Shown here in pieces: positions 39,588 through 50,481 of a DNA stretch of 64,000 bases. Location of the stretch: NCBI GenBank assembly GCA_965203965.1, contig CBDBDR010000017.1, positions 1,312,001 through 1,376,000 of the forward strand, written 5' to 3'. The notes under the pieces were generated by a model that saw nothing but the letters and a program-made list of their open reading frames with translations, made no database searches and was not told where the DNA came from. Made by a program: the position numbers and the translations under genes. Position 1 is the stretch's first letter. Each line of letters starts with the position of its first letter. This DNA comes from Thermodesulfobacteriota bacterium (GTDB lineage Bacteria; Desulfobacterota_D; UBA1144; Nemesobacterales; JAJCZQ01).

Positions 39588-40643
39588 ATGTCAGATTATT
39601 GTAAGAAAAGAGTAACGGCAATAGAAGTGGAGCCGGGTAAGTCTGTTTCTGACCTTTTAGCTGATATGTCAAAAACAGGATTTCAGGGGAAATCCTTAGC
39701 GAGGGTTGTGGACGTGTTTGAAAGTATGATAAATGACCTTGATACAACGATTTTTTTCGGTTACGCAGGTTCATTGTCAACAACGGGGCAGTGGAAGATA
39801 GTGAACTGGTTAATTGAAAACAGAATAATTGACGTGCTTATACCCACCGGGGCAAATATCTCCGAGGACATTGTTGAGGCAATGGGACATGAGTATTGGC
39901 AGGGCAGCCACAGGTCGGATGATACTGAGTTGTTCAAGGTTGGACTTAACAGGTATTACGATGTGTATGGTAGGGAAACTGATTACCTTGAAATGACGGA
40001 ACTTATTGCTAAATTTATAGTGACACTTGATGAAAAAGAAAACTATTCTTCCAGAAAATTTTTAAGACTGTTTGGCGAATGGTTGAGCAAAAGAAATATA
40101 AAAAGCATTGTTGCAACGGCGGCTGAGAACAATGTGCCGATATTCTGTCCTGCTATTGCAGACAGTCCTTATGGTGATGCAGCTTTAATAGCAAACAGTA
40201 GGGGATTTAATTTAACTATAGATGCCATAAAAGACTATGTGGAGTTTATGAAAATGGCTGAAAACGTGACCGATACAGGTGTGGTCTATATTGGTGGAGG
40301 GGTCCCGAAAGATTTTATACAACTTTTTGCGGTTACAAGTGATCTACTTTATAAAAACCGCTATGTTCCAAATAGGGAGCGTGGGTTGACAAGGGAAAAC
40401 GTTGGAGATTCAGAAACCTACTACCCGCATAAATATGCTATACAAATAACCACTGATTCCCCTCAGTGGGGTGGGCTTTCAGGATGCACGTTTGAGGAGG
40501 CAATTTCATGGGGTAAGGAGAAGGAGGATGGCGGAGGGATTGTACAGTGCTACTGTGACGCAACAATAGCGCTTCCGATTATTTCTCAGGCGATTGCCGA
40601 AAGGGTAAAAAATCCGAAAAGAGGGAAAAATTTCAACTTTTGA
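39588..40643 (+). CDS. Deoxyhypusine synthase-family protein (homospermidine synthase-like)
   Basis: TGFQG, TGAN, PAIADS, GGGVPK and GGLSGCTFEEAISWGK. Confidence 0.88.
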   Translation: MSDYCKKRVTAIEVEPGKSVSDLLADMSKTGFQGKSLARVVDVFESMINDLDTTIFFGYAGSLSTTGQWKIVNWLIENRIIDVLIPTGANISEDIVEAMGHEYWQGSHRSDDTELFKVGLNRYYDVYGRETDYLEMTELIAKFIVTLDEKENYSSRKFLRLFGEWLSKRNIKSIVATAAENNVPIFCPAIADSPYGDAALIANSRGFNLTIDAIKDYVEFMKMAENVTDTGVVYIGGGVPKDFIQLFAVTSDLLYKNRYVPNRERGLTRENVGDSETYYPHKYAIQITTDSPQWGGLSGCTFEEAISWGKEKEDGGGIVQCYCDATIALPIISQAIAERVKNPKRGKNFNF

Positions 40644-40679
40644 TTTTTAACTTTTATTTTAATTTGGGGGTTTTGTAAA

Positions 40680-41441
40680 ATGAGACTTGATGGAAAAACT
40701 GCTTTGATAACTGGTGGAAGCGAGGGAATTGGAAGGGCGACCGCTATTCTTTTTTGCAAAGAAGGAGCGAAGGTCGGAATTATGTCTAGAACTCTGAGAA
40801 ATCTGAAAAATGTTGTTTCAGAGACAGAAGGGTGTGGAGAGATTCAGGCGTTTGTGGGTGATGTTTCAAATGAAGAAGACGTCAAAAGAGTTGTGAGCGA
40901 TTTTTATAAAAAATTCGGCAAAATTGATATTCTTTTCAACAACGCCGGAATACTTGAAGGTGGAACAGTTGTTACAACCTCAAATGATGTTTGGGACAGA
41001 ACAATTAATATAAACGTGAAAGGGGTTTTTCTTATGAGCAAGCACGTTGTTCCGCTAATGGCAAAGCACGGTGGTGGGTCGGTAATTAACAACTCAAGCG
41101 TTCTCGGAATTGTGGGCATGGAGGACTGTGTTGCTTATAACGCCTCAAAAGGGGCAGTCAGGCAGATTACAAAAAGCATGGCACTTGATCATGCAAAGGA
41201 AAGTATAAGGGTTAATTCCGTCTGTCCAGGATACATAAAAACAAAAATGGACGTTGAATTTATGGGAAATCCACCTGATGCCGAAGAGAAACTTGATGAG
41301 ATTGCGGCGGGGATGATCCCCCTTGTCAGAAGGGCGGAGCCTCTTGAGGTTGCGCAGTCAGTTCTTTTTCTCGCTTCGGATGAGTCAAAATATATAACAG
41401 GTTCCGATCTTGTGATTGACGGTGGTTGGACGGTTTTGTAG
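40680..41441 (+). CDS. SDR family oxidoreductase
   Basis: TGGSEGIG, NNAG, YNASK and DGG. Confidence 0.92.
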   Translation: MRLDGKTALITGGSEGIGRATAILFCKEGAKVGIMSRTLRNLKNVVSETEGCGEIQAFVGDVSNEEDVKRVVSDFYKKFGKIDILFNNAGILEGGTVVTTSNDVWDRTININVKGVFLMSKHVVPLMAKHGGGSVINNSSVLGIVGMEDCVAYNASKGAVRQITKSMALDHAKESIRVNSVCPGYIKTKMDVEFMGNPPDAEEKLDEIAAGMIPLVRRAEPLEVAQSVLFLASDESKYITGSDLVIDGGWTVL

Positions 41442-41640
41442 TTCGCTTTTTTATCTCGTAAAGTCAACTATATAAAACAAGAAAATACATTGAGTGGCTT
41501 GTGGATGGGTTTTATGAGGAAATCCTGAGCAATATTTTTATAGGTTTTATTTTCACTGATATTGTAAAAATAAATCTTGAAGGGCATAAGCCGATTAAGG
41601 TTCTGGAGTATTTTATAAAACTTACTTTGTTTGTGTCTCT

Positions 41641-42264
41641 TTACTGTATTTTATCTACAAGCTGACGAGTAGCTTTCTCTGTGTCTTTTTTCCCGAATAT
41701 TGCCGTAATTACAGCAATTCCATCAACGCCGGTTTTGAGGATTCTTTCCGCATTTTCGGGAATTATTCCGCCGATTGCAAAGACCGGGATTTTCAGTTTT
41801 TTTTTCGCCTGAATTAAAGTTTCCAAAGGCGTTGGGATTCTCTCGGGTTTTGTCGGAGTGAAATAAGGCGTTCCAAAAGCAGCGTAGTTCGCTCCCGCAT
41901 TTTCAGCGTTTATTCCCCTTTGAATTTCTCCGTAGCAGGAAACACCTATTATTGCGTTTTTGCCGAGAATTTTTCTCGCTTCTTCAACTGAAGCATCATC
42001 TCTGCCGAGGTGAACACCGCCTGCGCCGATGGCTTTTGCAATTTTTGGGCAGTCGTTGATTATAAGGGGAACATTGTATTTTTTAGTTATGCTCAACATT
42101 TTTTTCCCCAGAGATATTATTTCACTTGCGTTTTTATTTTTTTCTCTTAATTGAACTATGGTTGCCCCTCCTCTTATGGCGGATTCTACTATGCTGAGAA
42201 AATTCTCACTTTCTATCAGGTTTTCGTCGGTGATAACATATAATCCGTGCAATATGGCTCCCAT
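41641..42264 (-). CDS. thiE: Thiamine phosphate synthase
   Basis: LYVITD, VQLREK, IIND, GVHLG, TPTK and AIGGI. Confidence 0.92.
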   Translation of the reverse strand: MGAILHGLYVITDENLIESENFLSIVESAIRGGATIVQLREKNKNASEIISLGKKMLSITKKYNVPLIINDCPKIAKAIGAGGVHLGRDDASVEEARKILGKNAIIGVSCYGEIQRGINAENAGANYAAFGTPYFTPTKPERIPTPLETLIQAKKKLKIPVFAIGGIIPENAERILKTGVDGIAVITAIFGKKDTEKATRQLVDKIQ

Positions 42265-42598
42265 CTGTGCAAATGTAGCAAGAGGTTGGTCTATTTGCAA
42301 AGTATATAACACTCAAATGTCTTTAAAGAATGTCAAAATGCAAAGTATAGTTGTTTTTTTTTAAGTATTTTTTGTCTATAAAAAGCAAGTGTGATGGTTG
42401 GTAAAGTGCTGTTTTAGAAAGAAGTTAATGTGTAACAAAACAAACTATAAGCGTTGTTAATTATCCTACAAAGATGTTTTCTGATGTATTTATAGAGTTC
42501 TGTGCAGTTGTTGATTTACGAAAATTAACAGGAAAAACAATTGTAAATAGGGTTGCATTAGGACAGTTAAAATTTAAGAACAGTTCAAATTTTTGCCT

Positions 42599-43933
42599 TT
42601 ATTTTGCGAGATTTTTGTTGATGGCATCAATGACGGCGTTGTATTCATTTGGCAATTCAATAGGTTGATTGACATAGTTTGGTATCACTTCTTTCAGTTC
42701 TTTTTTATGGTAACCGATTTTGAATTCAACAAATTTCAGTCCGTGTGCCGTTGAGATTATCACGATTTTATCTTTTGGGTTAAAAAGTTTTTTCTTGTGC
42801 AATTTCAGAAACACAGCAAGTGCCACGCCGGTGTGTGGACAGTTGAAGGTTCCCGTTTTATCAACCAATGCCGCGGCGTTTGCAAGCTCCTGCTCAGAAG
42901 CCTGTTCTACGATACCGTCAAATTCTTTCAATATCTTGATTGCCTTGTTGATACTTACGGGATTGCCGATCTGGATGGCGTTTGCAAGAGTTTTTTTGGC
43001 TTTTACAGGGTGAAATTCTTCAAAACCTTTTAAGTAGCTCATGTATAAAGGGTTTGCATTCTGAGACTGGGCGCACACCACCTTGGGTAATTTTTTTATC
43101 AAGCCAAGTTCATACATTATCTTGAAACCTTTGCCCAGAGCTGAGACGTTTCCCAGATTTCCCCCGGGTATTATGATCCAATCGGGAACTTCCCAGTCAA
43201 ACTGTTGACAAAGCTCAATGCTAATAGTTTTTTGACCTTCAATCCTAAGTGAGTTTATGGAATTGGCGAGATATATGTTCTTCTCGGCTGTTACTTTTTG
43301 AACCATTTCCATGCATCCGTCAAAGTCGGTATCAAGAGACAGGACGATCGCACCGTTTGAGATAGGCTGAACAAGTTGGGCTATTGAAACCTTGTTTTTT
43401 GGCAAAAATACTATTGCGGGGATTCCCGCAAACGCACAGTAGGCTGCAAGAGCAGCAGAAGTGTCACCCGTGGATGCACATGCCACAGCGGGTATATCTT
43501 TGTTGTTGTTTCGCATTTGATTTACAACTGAAATCAAGACGGTCATACCTAGATCCTTAAAAGAGCCTGTGTGGCTGTTTCCGCACATCTTTATCCACAC
43601 ATCATTCATACCGATTTGCTTTCCAAACCTTTCAGCCCAGAACAGATTAGTTGCACCTTCATACATTGAAACGATGTTTTTATCCTCAACGTTTGGACAG
43701 ACCCATTCTTTCTTGCCCCAGACGGAACTTCCGTAGGGCCAAGACTGTTTCCTATAACGACTGTCAAAAAGGTGTTTCCACTCTGTGCCAGATTTCTTTC
43801 TCAGGGTTCTGAAGTCATGGACGACTTCCAAAAGGTTGCCACATTTACTACATCGGTAAACTATTTCGTCCAAAGGATAGGTTTTACCGCAAGATTCATC
43901 TATGCAGCTAAACCAAGCTTTGAATTCACTCAT
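42599..43933 (-). CDS. thrC: Threonine synthase
   Basis: HTGSFKDLGM, CASTGDTSAAL and PGGNLGN. Confidence 0.93.
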   Translation of the reverse strand: MSEFKAWFSCIDESCGKTYPLDEIVYRCSKCGNLLEVVHDFRTLRKKSGTEWKHLFDSRYRKQSWPYGSSVWGKKEWVCPNVEDKNIVSMYEGATNLFWAERFGKQIGMNDVWIKMCGNSHTGSFKDLGMTVLISVVNQMRNNNKDIPAVACASTGDTSAALAAYCAFAGIPAIVFLPKNKVSIAQLVQPISNGAIVLSLDTDFDGCMEMVQKVTAEKNIYLANSINSLRIEGQKTISIELCQQFDWEVPDWIIIPGGNLGNVSALGKGFKIMYELGLIKKLPKVVCAQSQNANPLYMSYLKGFEEFHPVKAKKTLANAIQIGNPVSINKAIKILKEFDGIVEQASEQELANAAALVDKTGTFNCPHTGVALAVFLKLHKKKLFNPKDKIVIISTAHGLKFVEFKIGYHKKELKEVIPNYVNQPIELPNEYNAVIDAINKNLAK

Positions 43934-44057
43934 GGTTTAACAAAATACATTTTGCCGTATATAGTGTCAATTCTTAAAAATGATCTCAGTAGTCCAATTG
44001 ATTATTTATGTGATAGATATTACACTTACTCCGTTAGCACATGGAGGTGATAGTTAA

Positions 44058-44537
44058 ATGAAATCAATTGTATTTATATCGGTTTTATTTTCCATTTTCT
44101 GCCTTACGGTTTACGCACAAAACCCCACGCCGAATGATCCAACTAACCCTAGTGTTTACCCCGACCCTATCGTAAAACCATCCGAAAATCTTGATCCCTA
44201 TGGTAGTTCATCTCTCAATTCAAGTATTCCTAACTACAATAAATCTAAAAGCACTTTTGGATCATCAAACTCCGACCGTCCAAGTAATAGTGAGATAAAC
44301 AAGAAATTACAAGAAAAAAAGGCAAAGGATAGAAAGATTCAAATCGAGAAACAGAACGCCGAGAAGGATTATGAATATGAAGGTGATTCATCTGCAAGAG
44401 ATTATTTTCCCAGTTCAAAAAAACCCAGAAAATCTAAAAAATCAAACTTTTTCCGCTGGGTTGATGACAAAGGTGTTTTACATATAAGTAACGATATCAG
44501 TTTGATACCTGCAAAATACAGAGACAGTATTGAATAG
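44058..44537 (+). CDS. Secreted protein with C-terminal DUF4124-like motif
   Basis: Signal peptide; FRWVDDKGVLHISND...IPAKYR. Confidence 0.65.
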   Translation: MKSIVFISVLFSIFCLTVYAQNPTPNDPTNPSVYPDPIVKPSENLDPYGSSSLNSSIPNYNKSKSTFGSSNSDRPSNSEINKKLQEKKAKDRKIQIEKQNAEKDYEYEGDSSARDYFPSSKKPRKSKKSNFFRWVDDKGVLHISNDISLIPAKYRDSIE

Positions 44538-44551
44538 AAATTACCCCGTTC

Positions 44552-44833
44552 CTATTTTTTTGTTCTTCTTTTAGAGTTGGATTGAGGGGTTTTGTCTGTG
44601 TCTTCTTCAAGTTTTTCCAGTTTTGCTATAATTTTTTTAAGCTGTCCTTCAACAACATAAAGCGACTCATTTGCAGTTTCAATTCTCTTATATAGATAAT
44701 GACCTATAATCAAAACCGGAATTACAATAAAAATTATTTCAAAAAGATACCCAGGTGTATTATTGCCTCCTGTGCAACCTGTCAAGATAAAACTGATAAA
44801 GATTAAGGTAAAGAAGGTGTTTGAGTTTTTCAT
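44552..44833 (-). CDS. Small membrane/lipoprotein of unknown function
   Basis: ILTGC lipobox-like motif, TM helix and coiled coil. Confidence 0.55.
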   Translation of the reverse strand: MKNSNTFFTLIFISFILTGCTGGNNTPGYLFEIIFIVIPVLIIGHYLYKRIETANESLYVVEGQLKKIIAKLEKLEEDTDKTPQSNSKRRTKK

Positions 44834-44876
44834 TTTTTAATAGCTCCAGTGTCTGTTATTGGGCATAAATATAAAT

Positions 44877-45479
44877 CTAATTCACTTTTTTGAAAGTCAG
44901 GTAATAAATTCGTCTTTTTTCTTCAATAAACTGCTTTTCATATTTTGTAAGGGGTCTACTCTTTGTCTTGGTGTTAAAACTCTTGGTGTCCGAGGTGTTT
45001 ATGAAGTTTGGATTTGACTTGAAATGCTCAATGGTCTGGTCTACATATTCAGCATGGTCGCTTGCAAACTCTATAACTCCCCCATTTTTCATTAATGCTC
45101 TTAGACTTGCCAGAAAAGTTTTGTTTATAATTCTGTGTTTTTTATGCCTATCCTTTGGCCACGGGTCAGGAAAATTGATATACACAATATCAAAAATGTC
45201 GTTCTCAAAAACCTGATTAAATGCAATTTCTGCGTCAATATGAATGAGTTTTAAGTTTCTCAAGTTTTCTTTATTGGCAAAATGGACTGCATTTTTGAAC
45301 CTGTAGTATTTGATTTCAATTCCGAGGAAGTTCCAGTCCTTGTTTGTTTTTGCCAACTCAATAATGAATTCTCCTTTTCCAAAACCTATCTCAAGAGCGG
45401 TTTTATTATTGTTGCCAAAAATGTCATGGGCGTTTATGGGGAGGTTGTAAATTGATATGTCTAATGTAGGATCCGGCAA
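44877..45479 (-). CDS. trmB: tRNA (guanine46-N7)-methyltransferase
   Basis: LEIGFGKG, FPDPWPK.RH and TKYE. Confidence 0.95.
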   Translation of the reverse strand: MPDPTLDISIYNLPINAHDIFGNNNKTALEIGFGKGEFIIELAKTNKDWNFLGIEIKYYRFKNAVHFANKENLRNLKLIHIDAEIAFNQVFENDIFDIVYINFPDPWPKDRHKKHRIINKTFLASLRALMKNGGVIEFASDHAEYVDQTIEHFKSNPNFINTSDTKSFNTKTKSRPLTKYEKQFIEEKRRIYYLTFKKVN

Positions 45480-45497
45480 GATTTTTCACAGTTACGG

Positions 45498-46601
45498 TTA
45501 AAGTATTTTTTTTATTACAGTGTAATCAATTTTAACAGAATATTTTTCATTTTTTCCGGCCATTATTCCGATTGCCGAAGGCAGTGCCATTTGTATGCTT
45601 CCCCTGCGGGATTTTTTGTCAATCTTCATATTGTCTGTCAGATTTTCCGCGGTAACGTTAAAGGGTATTTCCGTTGGTAGTCCTGCACGCTTTAAGAGAA
45701 GTTCCAGTCTTGTAAGTTCATTCTTGTTCCATAAACCTAGTTCTACGGCTATTTTACCTTCGACTACCATACCAATGGATATTGCATTACCATGACTCAA
45801 AGTATAGTCCGACGATCTTTCTATTGCATGTCCGACGGTATGGCCAAAATTCAGAATTTTTCTCAGCCCTGATTCTTTTTCATCTTTTTCAACTATTTTA
45901 GCCTTGATCTTGCAGCAGGTTGCAATAATTTTCCTTAAAAGGTTGTTGTTAAATTCAAATAGTTTTTCAATCCCGCTTTCAAGCAGACTGAAAAGATGTT
46001 GATCTGCAATAACACCGTATTTGATTATTTCAGCAAGCCCTTCACGGATTTCCTTTTTATCCAGTGTTTTCAGTGTATAAAGATCTATATACACGCTCCT
46101 TGGTTGGTAAAATGCACCAATAAGGTTTTTTCCATACTGCGTATCAACCGCAGTTTTGCCCCCGATTGAGCTGTCAACACATGCCACCAGTGTAGTTGGC
46201 ACTTGTATATAGGGAATGCCCCTCATATAAGTAGCGGCAACAAAACCAGCAATATCTCCAACAACTCCCCCACCAAGAGCAATTACGACAGAGTCTCTCC
46301 CGAAGTTTGATTCCATCATCGTGTTTTCTATTTGTGTTTTAATATCTCTGTTCTTTTGCTTCTCGCCGGCGGGAAAATCAATCAGCAAGACGTTTAAGTC
46401 ATTTTTCTGAAAAAGCGTTTTGAGTTTGTTTCCATACAGATTTTTAACATTGGAATCAGTTATTATTGCATAGGAAAAACCCAGTGGTTTTTTTGCAAGT
46501 TCTTCCCCCAGTCTGTGTAAAACACCCGGTCTTATGATTATTCTGTAGGAGTTATCAACGGTGCTCTTCAGATTTACATCTATGATTGTCATTATGCTCA
46601 A
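45498..46601 (-). CDS. aroB: 3-dehydroquinate synthase
   Basis: GGGVVGD, PTTL..VDSSIGGK, KNLIGAF and LNFGHT. Confidence 0.95.
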   Translation of the reverse strand: MSIMTIIDVNLKSTVDNSYRIIIRPGVLHRLGEELAKKPLGFSYAIITDSNVKNLYGNKLKTLFQKNDLNVLLIDFPAGEKQKNRDIKTQIENTMMESNFGRDSVVIALGGGVVGDIAGFVAATYMRGIPYIQVPTTLVACVDSSIGGKTAVDTQYGKNLIGAFYQPRSVYIDLYTLKTLDKKEIREGLAEIIKYGVIADQHLFSLLESGIEKLFEFNNNLLRKIIATCCKIKAKIVEKDEKESGLRKILNFGHTVGHAIERSSDYTLSHGNAISIGMVVEGKIAVELGLWNKNELTRLELLLKRAGLPTEIPFNVTAENLTDNMKIDKKSRRGSIQMALPSAIGIMAGKNEKYSVKIDYTVIKKIL

Positions 46602-47119
46602 TCACTGTATTTAACAACTGACCAGACGTTTGTAGAATTCAGTTTTTCGGCTCCTTTTAATGATGTAAGCTCCACCAGAAAAAGGCATCCGACAAGATCA
46701 CCGTTAATCTGCTTTACCAAACTGCTTGCTGCTTTGGCTGTACCACCCGTTGCAAGCAGATCATCAACTATGATAACCTTTTTTCCTTCGGGTATCGCAT
46801 TCTCATGTATTTCAAGAGAGTCCTGTCCATACTCCAGATCGTATGATGCTTTTACAGTTGTATTCGGTAGTTTTCCGGGTTTTCTCACCACCACAAGTCC
46901 TTTTGACAGCACCATAGAAAGAGCGGAAGCAAAAATAAACCCCCTTGATTCTATCCCTGCAAAATAGTCCGTTTCCATACCGCTGATCATATCCGCCATC
47001 CGTTTAACCGCAAGTTCAAACGATTTGGCATTTTGCAGTAGTGGGGTAATATCGCGGAAGTTAATTCCCTCTTTTGGAAAATCCTTAATGCTCCTGATAA
47101 ATTTTTTTATTTCATTCAC
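46598..47119 (-). CDS. apt: Adenine phosphoribosyltransferase
   Basis: FRDITPL, ESRGF and VDDLLATGGT. Confidence 0.95.
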   Translation of the reverse strand: MNEIKKFIRSIKDFPKEGINFRDITPLLQNAKSFELAVKRMADMISGMETDYFAGIESRGFIFASALSMVLSKGLVVVRKPGKLPNTTVKASYDLEYGQDSLEIHENAIPEGKKVIIVDDLLATGGTAKAASSLVKQINGDLVGCLFLVELTSLKGAEKLNSTNVWSVVKYSD

Positions 47120-47168
47120 TGTGTTGTATACTCCATCTCCGTAATTTGCACCTTTGATTAACAGGTAG

Positions 47169-47621
47169 TTATTTTAAATGATCACAAGCAATCCTGACTG
47201 CTTCAGCAGCACTGGAAGCGGGTTGAATATTTGGTGAAATATCCCATGTATTTATTCCTATGATCTTTTTGTTGAATCTCAGGGCAAAAGAGAGTTCCGA
47301 TAATGTACCAAATCCCCCTCCTATTGCAATTATAACGTTCCCGCTTAAAGCAACTGCCAGGTTTCTGGCTTGTCCAGTTCCTGTAATAATGGGAACATCC
47401 AGATATTGGTTTGAGTCCTGCTCAGTTTCTCCGGGTAGTATTCCTATGGTTAAACCGCCTTCAGATTTTGCCCCCTTGCAAACGGACTCCATAATTCCAC
47501 CTAAACCCCCGCATACCACCACAAATCCTTTTCTTGCGATCTCCCTTCCCACTTCTTCGGTAGTGGCAGTGAGCTTGTGGTCATCATTACTTCCAGATCC
47601 TATTACGCTTATTAACTTCAT
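47169..47621 (-). CDS. TIGR00725 / LOG (Rossmann-fold nucleotide-binding) family protein
   Basis: CGGLGGIME, TIGILPG, ARN and GGGFGTLSE. Confidence 0.88.
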   Translation of the reverse strand: MKLISVIGSGSNDDHKLTATTEEVGREIARKGFVVVCGGLGGIMESVCKGAKSEGGLTIGILPGETEQDSNQYLDVPIITGTGQARNLAVALSGNVIIAIGGGFGTLSELSFALRFNKKIIGINTWDISPNIQPASSAAEAVRIACDHLK

Positions 47622-47708
47622 AAATTTTTTATTCCAAGCATACAGTTTGCATTTGATTCAACTTCATTATACTTGATTTACACTGCTAATTTGCTACCTT
47701 TTATCTTG

Positions 47709-48365
47709 ATGAACTGCAATAAACTGACAAGATTTTCATACATATCACTCTTATTACCGTTTTTTTTAATACTTAGTTCAGTTGTGTATTCAGATGAGAG
47801 TAACCCTACTGGATTGAAATTCGGTATGTCCAGCAAAGATGCAAAAGAACTTATAACAGCTAACGAACATGAGATATTAAAAAACGTGGTTGATTCAAAA
47901 GACATTAGAACTATTTTTGTTGACGGAATTATTTTTGAGTATCCATCCGTTAGTGGTATTGAAGCTGAAAAAAAAACAAAGCTGGAATTTTATGATGACA
48001 GACTTATGTCCGCTTTACTTGTTGTTAAAAAACTGGAAGGTAGTCAGTTTGTTGATATATACAACAAACTTTTAAAGAACATAGAAGCTGACTTTGGTGA
48101 TTTCACCTCCAGAGATAATATGAATTTCTACGATATATGGACTTGGGAAAAAGATAATTTGAAGATTGTTCTCAGCACAAACAGAAAAAATGGTCAAATA
48201 AAGATCAAATACACTTATATTCCTATTGCTAATTACAAGGCGAAAAAAGAGCTCCGCGTTAAAAGAAGAGGGAAGTTAAAGAATCCTGCCGAACAGATGT
48301 TCAAAGATGGAGATTTCTCACAGCGTGGTGGAACGACAACCGGATATGGCACTTTAAGTCCATAA
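47709..48365 (+). CDS. Secreted hypothetical protein
   Basis: Signal peptide followed by GLKFGMS; start uncertain (47673 or 47709). Confidence 0.6.
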   Translation: MNCNKLTRFSYISLLLPFFLILSSVVYSDESNPTGLKFGMSSKDAKELITANEHEILKNVVDSKDIRTIFVDGIIFEYPSVSGIEAEKKTKLEFYDDRLMSALLVVKKLEGSQFVDIYNKLLKNIEADFGDFTSRDNMNFYDIWTWEKDNLKIVLSTNRKNGQIKIKYTYIPIANYKAKKELRVKRRGKLKNPAEQMFKDGDFSQRGGTTTGYGTLSP

Positions 48366-48631
48366 AAGGTTTGACTATTCAATCTATTAATTGCCACTCT
48401 TTTTTTCTGCCTCATAGTTCGCCGATTGTCAAAACAAAAGAACTTACAATTCCACATAAAAATTTGCCAGATTATCGGTTTTATTCCTTTTCTGTATCAA
48501 ATTAATTTAACTTTATAAATTTGCCTATATATAGTTTTTCAACTAATGCCGAAAACAGCTTGGTTTTCTTACGGTCATTTAAGGATGCTATGCAATAATT
48601 ATTCTTAATTTGAAATTATTTCCCATAATAT

Positions 48632-50479
48632 ATGAAAATATCACCTGTAATCATTGGTTTTTTTCTAATCAATTTACTGTTTATTATTAGCTTCCCATCT
48701 GAATCAATCGGTCAGGAAGAAAACGGTGACAATAACACAAAAATTGTCAAGATTGAAGTCAAGGGCAATGATGACGTGAGTCTGGATTCAATAAAGAATA
48801 GCATTCAAACCCAGTTTCCGTCCATAAGACCCTGGGCAGCGAGGCCGAAATTGGATGAAAGTATATTTGAAGACGATATAGAAAAAATCAAAGCATTGTA
48901 CGCGGACCATGGATATTACAACGCCCAAATTACCTATGAAGTTAATTACCGTAATGAAAACAGAGAGGCAGCAATAATGATATGGATAGATCAAGGCAAG
49001 CCGGTGATACTTAGGAGACTTAATGTTGTTGTACTTGGTAGCGGATTAGAAGAGTCCAATCAGGATTTGGAGTTGATAGAAGAAATAAACAGGAAAGTTC
49101 TGCTAAAACCCAATAAGGTTTTTTCTGCAATAAAGCTCAGAGTTTCTAAGAGTAAGATAAGAAAAATTTTGTCCAGTAGGGGTTACCCTAAGTTTGATTT
49201 GAGACCCCAGATACTGGTCAACAGGAAGGAAGAATGGGCGGAGGCAAATTTTGAGGTTGTTCCCGGTTCAAAATACAAGTTCGGCAGCATTGAAATTGAA
49301 GGGAACCAGACAGTGTCTGATAATCTGGTGAGAAGAGAGCTCTTGTATAAAACTGGTGATTATTATTCTCTTGAAAAAATTACCGATTCCCAATCGGATA
49401 TTTTTCAACTTGGATATTTCAAATCCGTAAATATTGAACAGATCTATAATGACGATAAATTAGAGGTTGATACTATCGTCAGGATTAAGGAAAAGAAACT
49501 TGGAAGTATAAGATTTGGTGTTGGGGTTGCCTCCGAAGACAAACTGAGAACGCAGGTAGAGTGGACGCAGGGTAATTTACTAGGTGGGGGTAGAAATATG
49601 GAAATTCTTACTAAGGTTTCTTTCATAACCCAGCTTGTTCAGGCAAGTATCAGCCAGCCGCACATTACAGGTAGGAGCTCAGAGCTGATAGGTTTCTTGA
49701 GTTTTAAAAGAGACGATTTGCCAAGCTATGAAGGCTCATTTATAACCTCATCTCTGGCACTTGAAAAGAAACTTGCCAAACCTCTCAGGGGAAGAAGTTC
49801 GTTTAATGTTATTTATTCAGATATTACTTCGCAGTCAACAGTTTCACCCATTGAGCGAAGTCGGCGGAATGTTTTCCTGACAACATTCGGGGGAGGATTA
49901 AGTTTCAATGTAATTGACGACCTGTTTAATCCGACTGAGGGAATTGCCTCTGATACGAGGTTGGAGGTGTCCTTAACAGATCTGGGTTCGGATGTTGACT
50001 ATTTGCTGTCTCTTACAGATTTAAGGATATACAAAAGCGTTTCAAAATTTGTTTTTGCACACAGGTTGGAGTTGGGATTTATATATTCCTTTGGATCCAC
50101 GGATAGATTTGATATTCCTATCTTCAAAAGGTTTTTTGCAGGTGGGAGTAACAGCTTCAGGGGTTATAATTTTCAAGAGCTTGGGCCTCTGAATTCAAAA
50201 GGAGAACCGATTGGTGGCAATTCTCTCATAGTGGGTAACCTGGAAATAAGACACCCTCTACCACTCCGGAGGCTCAGAGGTGTGGTGTTTTTAGATTACG
50301 GTAATGTCTATCCGGGTGAATTTGAATATTCTTTGGACGGGCTGAGATACGCCGTTGGAGGAGGCTTGAGGTATGATACAATCATCGGTCCCGTCAGGTT
50401 TGATATTGGTTACGCCTTGAATCCAGACCCTGAATTGAAAAGATTTCACGTTTTTCTCAGTGTTGGACAGGCATTCTGA
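48632..50479 (+). CDS. Omp85 family outer-membrane protein (TamA/BamA-like, ~3 POTRA domains)
   Basis: POTRA repeats, FAGGSNSFRGY, GPVRFDIG and terminal GQAF. Confidence 0.88.
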   Translation: MKISPVIIGFFLINLLFIISFPSESIGQEENGDNNTKIVKIEVKGNDDVSLDSIKNSIQTQFPSIRPWAARPKLDESIFEDDIEKIKALYADHGYYNAQITYEVNYRNENREAAIMIWIDQGKPVILRRLNVVVLGSGLEESNQDLELIEEINRKVLLKPNKVFSAIKLRVSKSKIRKILSSRGYPKFDLRPQILVNRKEEWAEANFEVVPGSKYKFGSIEIEGNQTVSDNLVRRELLYKTGDYYSLEKITDSQSDIFQLGYFKSVNIEQIYNDDKLEVDTIVRIKEKKLGSIRFGVGVASEDKLRTQVEWTQGNLLGGGRNMEILTKVSFITQLVQASISQPHITGRSSELIGFLSFKRDDLPSYEGSFITSSLALEKKLAKPLRGRSSFNVIYSDITSQSTVSPIERSRRNVFLTTFGGGLSFNVIDDLFNPTEGIASDTRLEVSLTDLGSDVDYLLSLTDLRIYKSVSKFVFAHRLELGFIYSFGSTDRFDIPIFKRFFAGGSNSFRGYNFQELGPLNSKGEPIGGNSLIVGNLEIRHPLPLRRLRGVVFLDYGNVYPGEFEYSLDGLRYAVGGGLRYDTIIGPVRFDIGYALNPDPELKRFHVFLSVGQAF

Positions 50480-50481
50480 AT

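Noticed and set aside
42265..42598. TPP riboswitch upstream of thiE
   Set aside because: AT-rich region with no CTGAGA core or compatible stems
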